Source: Verrucomicrobiia bacterium
GTDB lineage: Bacteria; Verrucomicrobiota; Verrucomicrobiia; Limisphaerales; UBA11358
Length of the DNA stretch: 64,000 nucleotides
Reading direction: 5' to 3'
NCBI GenBank assembly: GCA_036498725.1
Contig: DASYEY010000126.1
Span: 3,089 to 67,088 of the forward strand
In this document: positions 8,363 to 17,748 of the stretch, piece after piece
Position numbering within the stretch: the stretch's first letter is position 1
Layout of the letters: each line of letters starts with the position of its first letter
Position numbers and translations under genes: made by a program
The notes under the pieces: model-generated
The model's database searches: none
What the model was told of the DNA's origin: nothing
Seen by the model: only the letters and a program-made list of their open reading frames with translations

Positions 8363-10921
8363 GTGATGGGTTTCAAGGTTTTCATTTTAGCCATGCTATC
8401 GGTTGGGGTATGGGCGGAGAATAGCTGTTTGCTGGCGGCAGAATCGGCGGCGGCGACGGACTTCAATCAGAAAATCCGGCCGATTTTGGAGGATTATTGC
8501 TTCGATTGTCATGGGAATGGCGAAAACCGGGGCGGCGTGGCCTTGGACGCCTTTGATTCAGGCACAAATTTTATTTCCGGACGCGATGTCTGGTGGCGGG
8601 TTTTGAAAAATCTCCGGGCTGGCTTGATGCCGCCGGCCAAAAAATCCCAGCCCACCAAGGAACAGAAAGAATTGATCGAGCAATGGATCAAGGATGATGT
8701 TTTTCTGGTCAACCCGGCGAATCCTGATCCCGGCCACGTGACCATCCGCCGTCTTAACCGGGTGGAATACCAGAACACAATCCACGATCTGGTGGGGGTG
8801 GACTATGATACCCAGAGCGAATTTCCACCCGATGACACCGGCCATGGCTTTGACGACATCGGCGAGGTGTTGAGCATGTCCCCGATGTTGCTGGAAAAAT
8901 ACATGGTCGCAGCGGAGAAAATCATCGCCCAAGCCGTTCCCACCACACCGGGGGTGCCGCCGGAGCAGGTCATTTCCGGTTCGCAATTTCGCAGCCCGGG
9001 GAATAATGCTGATGCGCAGTCGCTTTCCTACCATTCGCCGGCGGTCGTCAGCAACGTCTTCAATGCCCTGCATGCCGGGCCGTACCAATTGGAAGTGGAA
9101 CTGAAGGCGAATGAAAATTTTGTGGATAACGTCTTTGACTACAATAAATGCCGGTTGATCTTTCGCGTGGACGGCAAGGAATTGTTGCAACAGGAATTCA
9201 GCCGGGAAGAGGGCAAGTCATTTCATTTCCATTACAACCAGACCTGGGCGGCGGGAAATCATCAACTGACGTTTGAATTGCAGCCATTGACGCCAAACTT
9301 GGAGCAACCCCGGTCGTTGTCGTTGCAGGTCAAGACGGTGACTGTGCGCGGGCCCCTGACGAAGTCCGAGTGGGTGCGCCCGGAAAATTATGCGCGGTTT
9401 TTTCCCAAGGAAGTTCCGGAATCATCGTCAGGGCGCCGGGCTTATGCGCGTGAATTACTGGGTGATTTTGCCCGGCGCGCGTTTCGTCGGCCGGTGGACA
9501 AAGCGACGGTCAATGAGCTGGCGGACCTGGCGAAAAGCATCTATGACCAGCCCGGCAAAACCTTTGAAGCCGGCGTGGCGGAGGCCATGATCGCGGTGCT
9601 GGCGTCGCCGCGCTTTATTTTTCGCGAAGAAAATGTCGAACCCGCCCAGCCGGGCCAGCCCTATGCGCTGGTGGATGAGTATGCGCTGGCCTCACGGCTA
9701 TCATATTTCCTCTGGTCCACGATGCCGGATGCTGAACTGTTCCAACAGGCGGCGGCGGGCACATTGCGCAAAAATCTTTCCACGGAGGTCGCCCGCATGC
9801 TGGCGGATAAACGTGCAGTTGCCTTGGAGAAGAATTTCGTCGGCCAATGGTTGCAGGCGCGCGACATTGAAACCGTGCCCCTCGAAGCCAGGGTGATTCT
9901 GGAACGGGATGGAAAGTACGACCCGGAACAGGCCATGGCGCGCAAACGTTTCCGGGACCTGAGCAACCGGCCGGAATTGACGAAGGCGCAGCGGGATGAA
10001 CTGGATGCCCTCCGCACTCGTCTGGCACGCGCACCCAACCTGCCGAAGGCGGAATTATCCCAGGAGCTTCGCCGCGCCATGCGGCAGGAGACGGAAAGTG
10101 TTTTTAATTACATCCTGCGCGACGACCGTAGTTTGCTGGAATTGCTGGATAGTGATTACACCTTCCTCAACGGTCCCCTGGCACGTCAATATGGCATCCC
10201 CAACGTCACCGGCCTGCAGATGCGCCGGGTGCAGTTGCCGCCAGACAGTCCGCGCGGGGGCATTTTGACGGAAGGAACGGTGCTGGCCGTGACTTCGAAC
10301 CCGACGCGCACGTCGCCGGTCAAACGCGGGGTCTTCATCCTCGATAATATTCTGGGCACACCGCCCCTGCCGCCACCACCGAACATTCCGCCGTTGGAAG
10401 ACGCCATCAAGGGATCGAAAGATCATCCGCCGACATTGCGTGAATCACTGGCGGCGCACCGGGAAAATCCATTGTGCGCCTCGTGCCATAGCCGGATGGA
10501 TCCGCTCGGGCTGGCACTGGAAAATTTCAACGCCCTGGGCATGTGGCGGGACCAGGAATATAATCAACCGATTGATCCCGCCGGCCAGCTGGCGACCGGT
10601 GAAAAATTTTCCAACATCAAGGAACTGAAGCAGGTGCTGGTGAAAAATCATGCCGAAGATTTTTACCGCACACTGACCCAAAAACTTTTGACGTATGCGC
10701 TGGGCCGCGGTTTGGACTATTATGATGTGGAAACGGTGGACCAGATCGTTGCCCGCATCGAAAAATCCGGCGGCAAGCCCTCGGCCTTGTTTGCCGGGAT
10801 CATCGAATCGGCGCCCTTCCAAAAAACCCGGACAATGGCGGCGGATACGGCTACAATGGATCAACCGGCCGCCAAGCCGATCAGCAATTTAACTGGCGAG
10901 AACCTCAAGGAAAAATTATGA
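8363..10921 (+). CDS. DUF1587/DUF1592/DUF1595/DUF1588/DUF1585-type multidomain protein with two CxxCH motifs
   Basis: Signal peptide 'MMGFKVFILAMLSVGVWA'. N-terminal 'YCFDCHGNG' (planctomycete-cytochrome-c-like). Second 'NPLCASCHSRMDPLG' near the C-terminus. The stop overlaps the next start (ATGA at 10918-10921). Confidence 0.8.
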   Translation: MMGFKVFILAMLSVGVWAENSCLLAAESAAATDFNQKIRPILEDYCFDCHGNGENRGGVALDAFDSGTNFISGRDVWWRVLKNLRAGLMPPAKKSQPTKEQKELIEQWIKDDVFLVNPANPDPGHVTIRRLNRVEYQNTIHDLVGVDYDTQSEFPPDDTGHGFDDIGEVLSMSPMLLEKYMVAAEKIIAQAVPTTPGVPPEQVISGSQFRSPGNNADAQSLSYHSPAVVSNVFNALHAGPYQLEVELKANENFVDNVFDYNKCRLIFRVDGKELLQQEFSREEGKSFHFHYNQTWAAGNHQLTFELQPLTPNLEQPRSLSLQVKTVTVRGPLTKSEWVRPENYARFFPKEVPESSSGRRAYARELLGDFARRAFRRPVDKATVNELADLAKSIYDQPGKTFEAGVAEAMIAVLASPRFIFREENVEPAQPGQPYALVDEYALASRLSYFLWSTMPDAELFQQAAAGTLRKNLSTEVARMLADKRAVALEKNFVGQWLQARDIETVPLEARVILERDGKYDPEQAMARKRFRDLSNRPELTKAQRDELDALRTRLARAPNLPKAELSQELRRAMRQETESVFNYILRDDRSLLELLDSDYTFLNGPLARQYGIPNVTGLQMRRVQLPPDSPRGGILTEGTVLAVTSNPTRTSPVKRGVFILDNILGTPPLPPPPNIPPLEDAIKGSKDHPPTLRESLAAHRENPLCASCHSRMDPLGLALENFNALGMWRDQEYNQPIDPAGQLATGEKFSNIKELKQVLVKNHAEDFYRTLTQKLLTYALGRGLDYYDVETVDQIVARIEKSGGKPSALFAGIIESAPFQKTRTMAADTATMDQPAAKPISNLTGENLKEKL

Positions 10922-12324
10922 ATGCAAAATCTGCAACCAATCAAAACCTGGCGCGGCAATCTCACGCCGGATTGAGCCGGCGCCATTTCCTGCGCGGCCT
11001 GGGCGTTTGTCTGGCGGTGCCGGCTTTTGAATCATTGATGCCCACGCGATTGCTGGCTGCGGCCAGTTCGCCGGCGGCGGGTCTGGCGACCACGGCGACC
11101 GGTGCGCCACTGCGCACGGCGTTCGTTTATTTTCCGAATGGGGCGATTCCCGCTGCCTGGTGGCCGGCGAATGAAGGCAGTGATTTTTCCCTGAGCCGCA
11201 CGCTTCAGCCGCTGGCGGCGCACCAGAAACAGATCCAGGTGCTCAGCGGACTGGATCACTTGAATGCGATGGCGGGCATGGATGGCGGTGGTGATCATGC
11301 CCGCGCCAACGGAACCTTTCTTACCGGCGTGCGCTTGAAGAAAAGCGCCACGGACATTCACGCGGGTATTTCCATTGATCAAGCCATCGCGCGGCAGGTC
11401 GGGCATCTGACACGCTTTTCATCGTTGGAGTTGACGTGCGATGCCGGGCGCAACACGGGCGCGTGCGATTCCGGCTATTCCTGTGCCTATCAATACAATC
11501 TATCCTGGAGTTCACCCACCACGCCGATGACGCCCGAGGCCAATCCGCGTCAGGCTTTTGAACGGCTTTTTGGCGCCGGTGCGCCGGGCGAACGCGCCGC
11601 CAACGCCCAACGCCGCCGGCAGGAACAGCGGTCCGTGCTGGATTTCGTGATGCAGGATGCCGCGGCCATGCAACGTCGCCTCAGCGCGCGCGACCACGAC
11701 AAGCTGGACCAATATTTGACCGGGGTCCGGGAATTGGAAACGCGCATCCAAAGAGCGGAACAGTTCGGCGATGTGAAAGATCCGATGGTGCCGACGCCGG
11801 CGGGGATTCCGGCAGATTACGCGGAACATATCCATCTCATGTATGACACCATGTTGCTGGCGTTTCAGACGGATTCCACGCGCGTGGCGACAATGCTGCT
11901 CGCGCATGACGGCAGCAATCGTTCGTTCGCGGATATCGGGGTTCCCGAAGGTCATCATGATTTATCGCATCACCAAGGCAATGCGGAGAAGATCGAGAAG
12001 ATCACGGAGATTGACCTGTGGTATGTGCAACAGTTCGGAAAATTTCTCGATAAAATGGCGGCGACCAAGGATGTGGATGGCCAGTCGCTCCTGCAAAACT
12101 CGATGATTGTCTATGGCGGTGGCAACGCGGACGGCAACCGTCATACGCACACCAACCTGCCCATTGTGCTCGCCGGCGGCGGCGGCGGCACCTTGGCCAC
12201 CGGACGCTTTGTAAAGTACGGCGGCAAGCCGGCGTCGAATCTGTTCTTGAGCCTCGCCGATCGCATGGGCGTGAAAAATATGGAGCGCTTCGGTGATTCA
12301 ACGGGCCGGCTGGGGAATGTTTAA
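10918..12324 (+). CDS. DUF1552 family protein with twin-arginine leader (partner of the DUF1592-type protein)
   Basis: 'SRRHFLRGLGVCLAVPAFE' Tat-type leader. 'EGHHDLSHHQGN' and 'NLPIVLAGGGGG'. Translationally coupled to the upstream gene. Confidence 0.8.
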   Translation: MNAKSATNQNLARQSHAGLSRRHFLRGLGVCLAVPAFESLMPTRLLAAASSPAAGLATTATGAPLRTAFVYFPNGAIPAAWWPANEGSDFSLSRTLQPLAAHQKQIQVLSGLDHLNAMAGMDGGGDHARANGTFLTGVRLKKSATDIHAGISIDQAIARQVGHLTRFSSLELTCDAGRNTGACDSGYSCAYQYNLSWSSPTTPMTPEANPRQAFERLFGAGAPGERAANAQRRRQEQRSVLDFVMQDAAAMQRRLSARDHDKLDQYLTGVRELETRIQRAEQFGDVKDPMVPTPAGIPADYAEHIHLMYDTMLLAFQTDSTRVATMLLAHDGSNRSFADIGVPEGHHDLSHHQGNAEKIEKITEIDLWYVQQFGKFLDKMAATKDVDGQSLLQNSMIVYGGGNADGNRHTHTNLPIVLAGGGGGTLATGRFVKYGGKPASNLFLSLADRMGVKNMERFGDSTGRLGNV

Positions 12325-12456
12325 GGAATTAAACTCCAGAAGTCAGGAGCCAGGAGGCAGAGTCCAGAATTGATAGCACGCGCCTATCTAAAAACGGGAA
12401 TATCTATGACCACTCATGAAATCCGTGTCTGAAAACAAAACTAAAACTGTCGGCAT

Positions 12457-13326
12457 ATGAACCTTAAAAAATTATTCTTCAGCTCATTGCTTCTGCCGGG
12501 AACATTGTTCGCGGGGGATATGCCAGCCATCCTTCCGCTCTGGCCCAACGGCGCGCCGGGTTTTGAATCGCGCAAGGATATTCCCGAAGAAGCGGCGAGT
12601 TATTGGGTGAAAAATATCAATAACCCGACCCTCACCGTCTTCCTGCCGCCCAAGGGAAAGGCCAATGGCGCGGCGGTCGTCATCTGTCCGGGCGGCGGGT
12701 TTCGGGAACTCGTCTATAACGCCGAAGGCATTGAGCCGGCGAAATACTTCAACCGCTTGGGCATTGCCGCTTTCGTGCTGAAATATCGTTTGTTCCGCGA
12801 AACGAATTCCGTGTACACGATTGAAAATCCGCATGAAGACGGCGTGCGCGCGATGCGTTACGTTCGCAGTCATGCTGCCGAGTGGGGGATTGATCCGGGC
12901 CGCATCGGCATGGTGGGTTATTCCGCCGGTGGTGAAGTGGTTTCGCTGACGAGCTTCGGTCAGACGGCCGGTGTCACCAACGCGCCGGACCCGATTGACC
13001 GGGCGGATGCCCGGCCGGATTTTATCGCCGAAATCTATCCCGGCGGCGCCGGTATTCCGGACGCCCTGCCGACCAATGCGCCGCCGGCCTTTCTGCTCGT
13101 GGCGGATGATGATAATCATACCGAGACGGTGTTGAAATTGTTCACGCTGTATCGCGCCGCAAAGATTCCGGTGGAGGTCCACGTCTTCACCAAGGGCGGC
13201 CATGGTTTTAATCAGGGTTCCCGTTCAAAATTGAAGACGATCAAAGACTGGCCGCAACGGCTGACCGACTGGATGGGCGACAATAATATTCTCGATCCGA
13301 CGGTTCCGGCCAAAGGTGCGCACTGA
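12457..13326 (+). CDS. Secreted alpha/beta hydrolase (esterase/lipase-like)
   Basis: Signal peptide 'MNLKKLFFSSLLLPGTLFAG'. 'VVICPGGGF' oxyanion-type motif. Nucleophile elbow 'GYSAGG'. C-terminal 'KGGHGF'. Confidence 0.75.
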   Translation: MNLKKLFFSSLLLPGTLFAGDMPAILPLWPNGAPGFESRKDIPEEAASYWVKNINNPTLTVFLPPKGKANGAAVVICPGGGFRELVYNAEGIEPAKYFNRLGIAAFVLKYRLFRETNSVYTIENPHEDGVRAMRYVRSHAAEWGIDPGRIGMVGYSAGGEVVSLTSFGQTAGVTNAPDPIDRADARPDFIAEIYPGGAGIPDALPTNAPPAFLLVADDDNHTETVLKLFTLYRAAKIPVEVHVFTKGGHGFNQGSRSKLKTIKDWPQRLTDWMGDNNILDPTVPAKGAH

Positions 13327-13475
13327 GCGCAGCCTGGGGCGTGACGATGATGAACGAAAATACGAATCCGCGCCAAAAATTACCCATTGCATAAATCGGC
13401 AAAATCAGTTTCCTTCACGCCGTTGCCGGATGGTTTATCCACCGGATACTGGCAGCCGATACAGGAGTTAAAATC

Positions 13476-15836
13476 ATGAAAGACCAGATCATTCGCTTAT
13501 TGGGGCAAAAAAATTATGTCCCGGCGGATGCGTCGGAACTGCTCCGACAGCTTCGCCTCGCACCCGCCCAAGAACCCGAATTACTAACGACCTTGAGACA
13601 ACTGGAACAGAGCGGTGCGGTCATCCGTATCAAAGGTAATCGTTACACCACTCCCCGCGAGGCCGATCTTATTCCGGGTCGCATCCGCATGAACCGTGCG
13701 GGCAAAGGGTTTTTGCAGCCGGATGATACGACGTTGCCGGAGATCGCCATTCCCGAAAACGCCACTGGCACAGCATTGCACGAGGATCGCGTGCTGGTGC
13801 GCCGCGATGCGCGCCGCCGGAATTTTCGTGAGGGTGACACGGATACCGGCACGGTGATCCGCGTGTTGAAACGCCAGCGTGAACGCATCGTCGGCACGTT
13901 GTCCCGTCGTCGCCAATTCTTATTCGTCGCGCCAGATGATCCGCGCATCCCGCACGATATCCTGGTGCCGGAACCGCGCGATGTCGGACGCCCGGCGCGG
14001 GTCGGTGACAAGGTGGTGGTGGAGTTGAACGAATGGGAGTCGCGCAATGCCAATCCCGATGGTGTGGTCATCGAAGTTTTAGGAGCACCGGATGAGGAAG
14101 GGGTGGACATGCTGTCCGTCCTGCGCCAATACGATCTGCCGCTGCATTTCCCGAAGACGGTTCTGGCGGAAGCGAATGCCATTGGGGCAGTGGTTAATCC
14201 CCAGGATTTTGCGGGACGCGTTGATTGCCGCCAGCATCGCGTTGTCACGATTGATCCCGATGACGCCAAAGATTTTGACGATGCGATCTGTCTTGAGCGC
14301 ATTTCCGCTGAACAATGGCGTTTGTGGGTGCATATCGCTGACGTTTCGAACTATGTCAAACCCGGCACCGCGCTCGATGTCGAAGCCGCCAAGCGCGGCA
14401 ATTCCACCTATCTGGTTGATCGGGTCATTCCGATGTTGCCGGAGGCGTTGAGCAATGAGTTGTGTTCACTGAAGCCCAACGTGGATCGTTTGACGAAGTG
14501 TGTGGAATTTGTCGTGGCAAACGACGGGCGGGTGGTGAGCACAAAATTTTATTCCGCCATCATCCATTCACAAAAACGTTTCACTTACGCACAAGTGCTG
14601 GCGGTGTTGCAACGCGCACCGGCGGATGACCTGATCGAGCGCATGCTGCATCAAGCGCATGAACTCGCGCAAAAGATCCGGCGGCTGCGTTTCAAGAACG
14701 GCTCGCTTGAGCTCGATTTTCCGGAAACCAAGATCCGCCTGGACGAGCAGGGGAAAATTCTGCGCATTGAAAAGAATGAGAACGACGTGTCGCATCAGTT
14801 GATTGAGGAATACATGCTGCTGGCGAACGAAGCCGTGGCCACGCGTTTAATGTCATTGCAAACCCCGGCGATCTATCGCGTTCACGAAGAACCGGACGCC
14901 AAACGGTTGCAGGAATACCGCCAGGAAGTTTTGAGCCATCACGTGGCGTGCGGTAATCTGAACGATTCGCGCGAGGTGCAGAAATTGTTGCAAAAACTCG
15001 GCACGCTGCCCATCGGCGCGGCCTTGAAGATCGGTTTTCTCAAATCGCTGATGCGCGCGCGCTACGCCGTCGAGCCGTTGGGGCATTACGGTCTTGCCAA
15101 GAAAAAATATACACATTTCACCTCGCCCATCCGTCGTTATGCCGATCTGGTGGTGCACCGGGCGCTGTTTGACAAACATCCGGCGCCAGCGGCCAAGCTT
15201 AAAGAGATTGCCGAGCACATCTCCGTGACGGAACGCACCTCCGCTGACGCCGAACGGGATAGCAAGGACGTAAAACTGTTTGCGTTTCTCCGCGAACAAT
15301 TAGCCTCCGGCACGCCGACCCAATATCCCGCGCTGGTGACGGATGTGCGCAATTTTGGTTTCTTCGTGGATGTTCCCGGTTTGGCAATGAGCGGGCTGGT
15401 GCCGCTGTCGCTGGTGACCGACGACTTCTTTGTGTTCGACGAAAGCCGCCGCCAACTGGTGGGCCGCCGCACACGTCGTATCATCCGGCTGGGCGATAAG
15501 ATCACCGTGCAGGTCGCGCGGGTGGATACGGCTAAAAAGCAAGTGGACTTTTGCCTGGCGGTGGCAGGCCGCCAACCAGTGCCACCACGTACCGATGCGC
15601 CGCGCGCCGGGACGCAGCGTCCGTTTGCTGCGCGCCCGCAACCCGCGCGGCCATCGCCGCGTCCGGATGCCAAAAAATATTCGAAAGACCGGCGGCCGAC
15701 GAATTCACAAGCGCCCGATTCGCGTCCGCCAAAATTTAGTTCCTCGTCGGCCCGCCCACAATTTGGCAGCGGCGACAAGCCGATGTTCAAGACTTCGGTG
15801 CGTACCTTTGGTACTCCTAAACGCCGCCGTCGGTAA
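13476..15836 (+). CDS. rnr: Ribonuclease R
   Basis: RNB core 'VTIDPDDAKDFDDAI', 'YLVDRVIPMLPE' and 'FTSPIRRYADLVVHR'. S1 domain 'VRNFGFFVDVPGLAMSGLVP'. Basic Pro/Arg/Lys-rich C-terminal tail. Confidence 0.9.
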   Translation: MKDQIIRLLGQKNYVPADASELLRQLRLAPAQEPELLTTLRQLEQSGAVIRIKGNRYTTPREADLIPGRIRMNRAGKGFLQPDDTTLPEIAIPENATGTALHEDRVLVRRDARRRNFREGDTDTGTVIRVLKRQRERIVGTLSRRRQFLFVAPDDPRIPHDILVPEPRDVGRPARVGDKVVVELNEWESRNANPDGVVIEVLGAPDEEGVDMLSVLRQYDLPLHFPKTVLAEANAIGAVVNPQDFAGRVDCRQHRVVTIDPDDAKDFDDAICLERISAEQWRLWVHIADVSNYVKPGTALDVEAAKRGNSTYLVDRVIPMLPEALSNELCSLKPNVDRLTKCVEFVVANDGRVVSTKFYSAIIHSQKRFTYAQVLAVLQRAPADDLIERMLHQAHELAQKIRRLRFKNGSLELDFPETKIRLDEQGKILRIEKNENDVSHQLIEEYMLLANEAVATRLMSLQTPAIYRVHEEPDAKRLQEYRQEVLSHHVACGNLNDSREVQKLLQKLGTLPIGAALKIGFLKSLMRARYAVEPLGHYGLAKKKYTHFTSPIRRYADLVVHRALFDKHPAPAAKLKEIAEHISVTERTSADAERDSKDVKLFAFLREQLASGTPTQYPALVTDVRNFGFFVDVPGLAMSGLVPLSLVTDDFFVFDESRRQLVGRRTRRIIRLGDKITVQVARVDTAKKQVDFCLAVAGRQPVPPRTDAPRAGTQRPFAARPQPARPSPRPDAKKYSKDRRPTNSQAPDSRPPKFSSSSARPQFGSGDKPMFKTSVRTFGTPKRRRR

Positions 15837-15909
15837 AATACGCCCGTTTTGGCGGGTACATTTTTGATTCGATTGCCCGGTTTTTTTCAGGCATTTTGCG
15901 GGTTCGAAA

Positions 15910-17748
15910 ATGTCCGAAACCGCCAGGAACACAAACGACGATGAACGCTACGCCACCGGGAAACTGGTGCGGCGTTTATTGGCCTTGGCCTGGCGGTTTC
16001 GCGCGGATTGTATCTGGTCCACGGTGTTGAGCCTGGTGCTGTTGTTATTCGGCATTGCCGGTCTGCAATTACTCGGGTTGGTCATTGATGTCATTCGCCA
16101 CGCGCTGGACCCTCAATTGCCACCGCCGCTATATCCCTTCGGTTGGCAGCCACCATCGGCGTGGTCGCCGCTGCACATCGTCACGTTTTTATCCGGCGTG
16201 ATCGCGCTGCAAGCGTTGCTCCGCGCGATCTTCACGTATTTTTACAACATGACCACGGCGCGATTGACGCAGGGAGAAATCGTGCCGGCCTTGCGCGCGC
16301 AGATTTACTCGAAGCTGCAACGGCTCAGTTTCAAGTTCTTCGACGTGCACGGTTCCAATTCCATTTTCAACCGGGTCACCGGCGATGTGCAGAACACGCG
16401 TTTATTTGTGGACGGGGTGCTGTTGCAGGGCGTGAACATGATCCTCACGCTGGCCGCCTACGCATTCTTCATGTGGCGCATCCATCCGTCGCTCACCGTT
16501 GCCTGTTTATCGGTGTCATTGCCGTTATGGTGGCTGGCGCAATTTTATTCCAAGCGCCTGCGCCCCGGCTACCTGCGCAATCGCGAACTAACGGACAACA
16601 TGGTTTTGCTGTTCAGCGAAAGCGTGCGCGGCATGCAAACAGTGAAAGGTTTCGCGGCGGAAGCGCATCAGGTCCGTAAATTTGAAGCGGCGAACGATGA
16701 GGTATCCTCGCAGCAACGGAAGATTTTCTGGAATCTGTCCATCTTTACACCGGGCACACAAATGATCTCGCAGATGAGCCTCGTGATTCTGTTCGCCTAT
16801 GGTGGTTGGTTGTATGTGCAGGGGAAGATTCCACTTGGCAGCGGGTTGGTCGTATTCGCCGGTTTGCTCCAGCAATTTACCGGGCAAGTCGCAAATATTT
16901 CCGTGATCGCCAATTCGGTGCAACAAAGTTTGGCGGCTGCGCGGCGCGTGTTTGAAGTGATGGACACGCCGCTCGACGTGCAAAGTCGTCCGCAGGCGAT
17001 CATGCCCGCACGGCTCACGGGCCAGTTGACGTTCGAGCAGGTCACGTTCGGTTACACGCCGGACAAGCCGGTGTTGAAGGACGTTTCGTTCTCGGCCAAA
17101 GCCGGCCAGGTCATCGGGATTTTTGGCATGACCGGCACGGGCAAAAGCACGTTGCTCGGCTTGATTCCGCGCTTTTATGATCCGCATCAGGGCCGGATTC
17201 TGGTGGACGGGCAAGATCTGCGCGACTTGGATCTGGACGCGTTTCGGCGCCAGATCGGCATCGTCTATCAGGAAAGTTTTCTGTTCTCGAACACAGTCGC
17301 GGCCAATATCGCCTTCGGCCATCCCGAAGCCACGATGGAACAGATTGAACGCGCCGCGCGGATCGCTTCAGCACACGATTTTATTACGGCACTGCCGCAT
17401 GGCTACGAAACTGTGTTGGGCGAATCCGGCGTGGATTTAAGCGGTGGCCAGCGGCAACGACTGGCGCTCGCGCGGGCGTTGATCCTGCAGCCACCCATTT
17501 TGATTCTAGATGACCCGACGGCCTCGGTGGATGCCAAAACGGAAAATGAGATTGTATCCGCCTTGCGCGAGGCGATGACTGGCCGCACTACGTTTGTCGT
17601 GTCGAGCCGCTTGAGCCTGTTGCGCCGCGCCGATTTGATTTTGGTTTTGGAAGACGGGCGCTTGACCCAATTCGGCACCCATGACGAATTGGTGCATCGT
17701 CCCGGGCCGTATCACGAAACCGCGTTGCTGCAGATCATGGATTTATGA
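15910..17748 (+). CDS. ABC exporter, fused permease/ATPase (heterodimer subunit 1)
   Basis: Six-TM exporter domain. Walker A 'GMTGTGKST', signature 'LSGGQRQRLALARA', Walker B 'ILILDDPTS'. Confidence 0.9.
   Translation: MSETARNTNDDERYATGKLVRRLLALAWRFRADCIWSTVLSLVLLLFGIAGLQLLGLVIDVIRHALDPQLPPPLYPFGWQPPSAWSPLHIVTFLSGVIALQALLRAIFTYFYNMTTARLTQGEIVPALRAQIYSKLQRLSFKFFDVHGSNSIFNRVTGDVQNTRLFVDGVLLQGVNMILTLAAYAFFMWRIHPSLTVACLSVSLPLWWLAQFYSKRLRPGYLRNRELTDNMVLLFSESVRGMQTVKGFAAEAHQVRKFEAANDEVSSQQRKIFWNLSIFTPGTQMISQMSLVILFAYGGWLYVQGKIPLGSGLVVFAGLLQQFTGQVANISVIANSVQQSLAAARRVFEVMDTPLDVQSRPQAIMPARLTGQLTFEQVTFGYTPDKPVLKDVSFSAKAGQVIGIFGMTGTGKSTLLGLIPRFYDPHQGRILVDGQDLRDLDLDAFRRQIGIVYQESFLFSNTVAANIAFGHPEATMEQIERAARIASAHDFITALPHGYETVLGESGVDLSGGQRQRLALARALILQPPILILDDPTASVDAKTENEIVSALREAMTGRTTFVVSSRLSLLRRADLILVLEDGRLTQFGTHDELVHRPGPYHETALLQIMDL

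Noticed and set aside
8149-8424. Track ORFs translating 'PDAALGDDFGRS.AKAT' (also 59579-59791, 55523-55876 and 55646-55828)
   Set aside because: The shared peptide arises only because all of them run across the family B nucleotide repeat, and in both orientations. These are intergenic repeats, not a protein family.
15837-15909. Possible terminator after rnr ('ACGCCCGTTTTGGCGGGTACATTTTTG')
   Set aside because: Only a 4-bp stem can be drawn convincingly, which is too weak to call.
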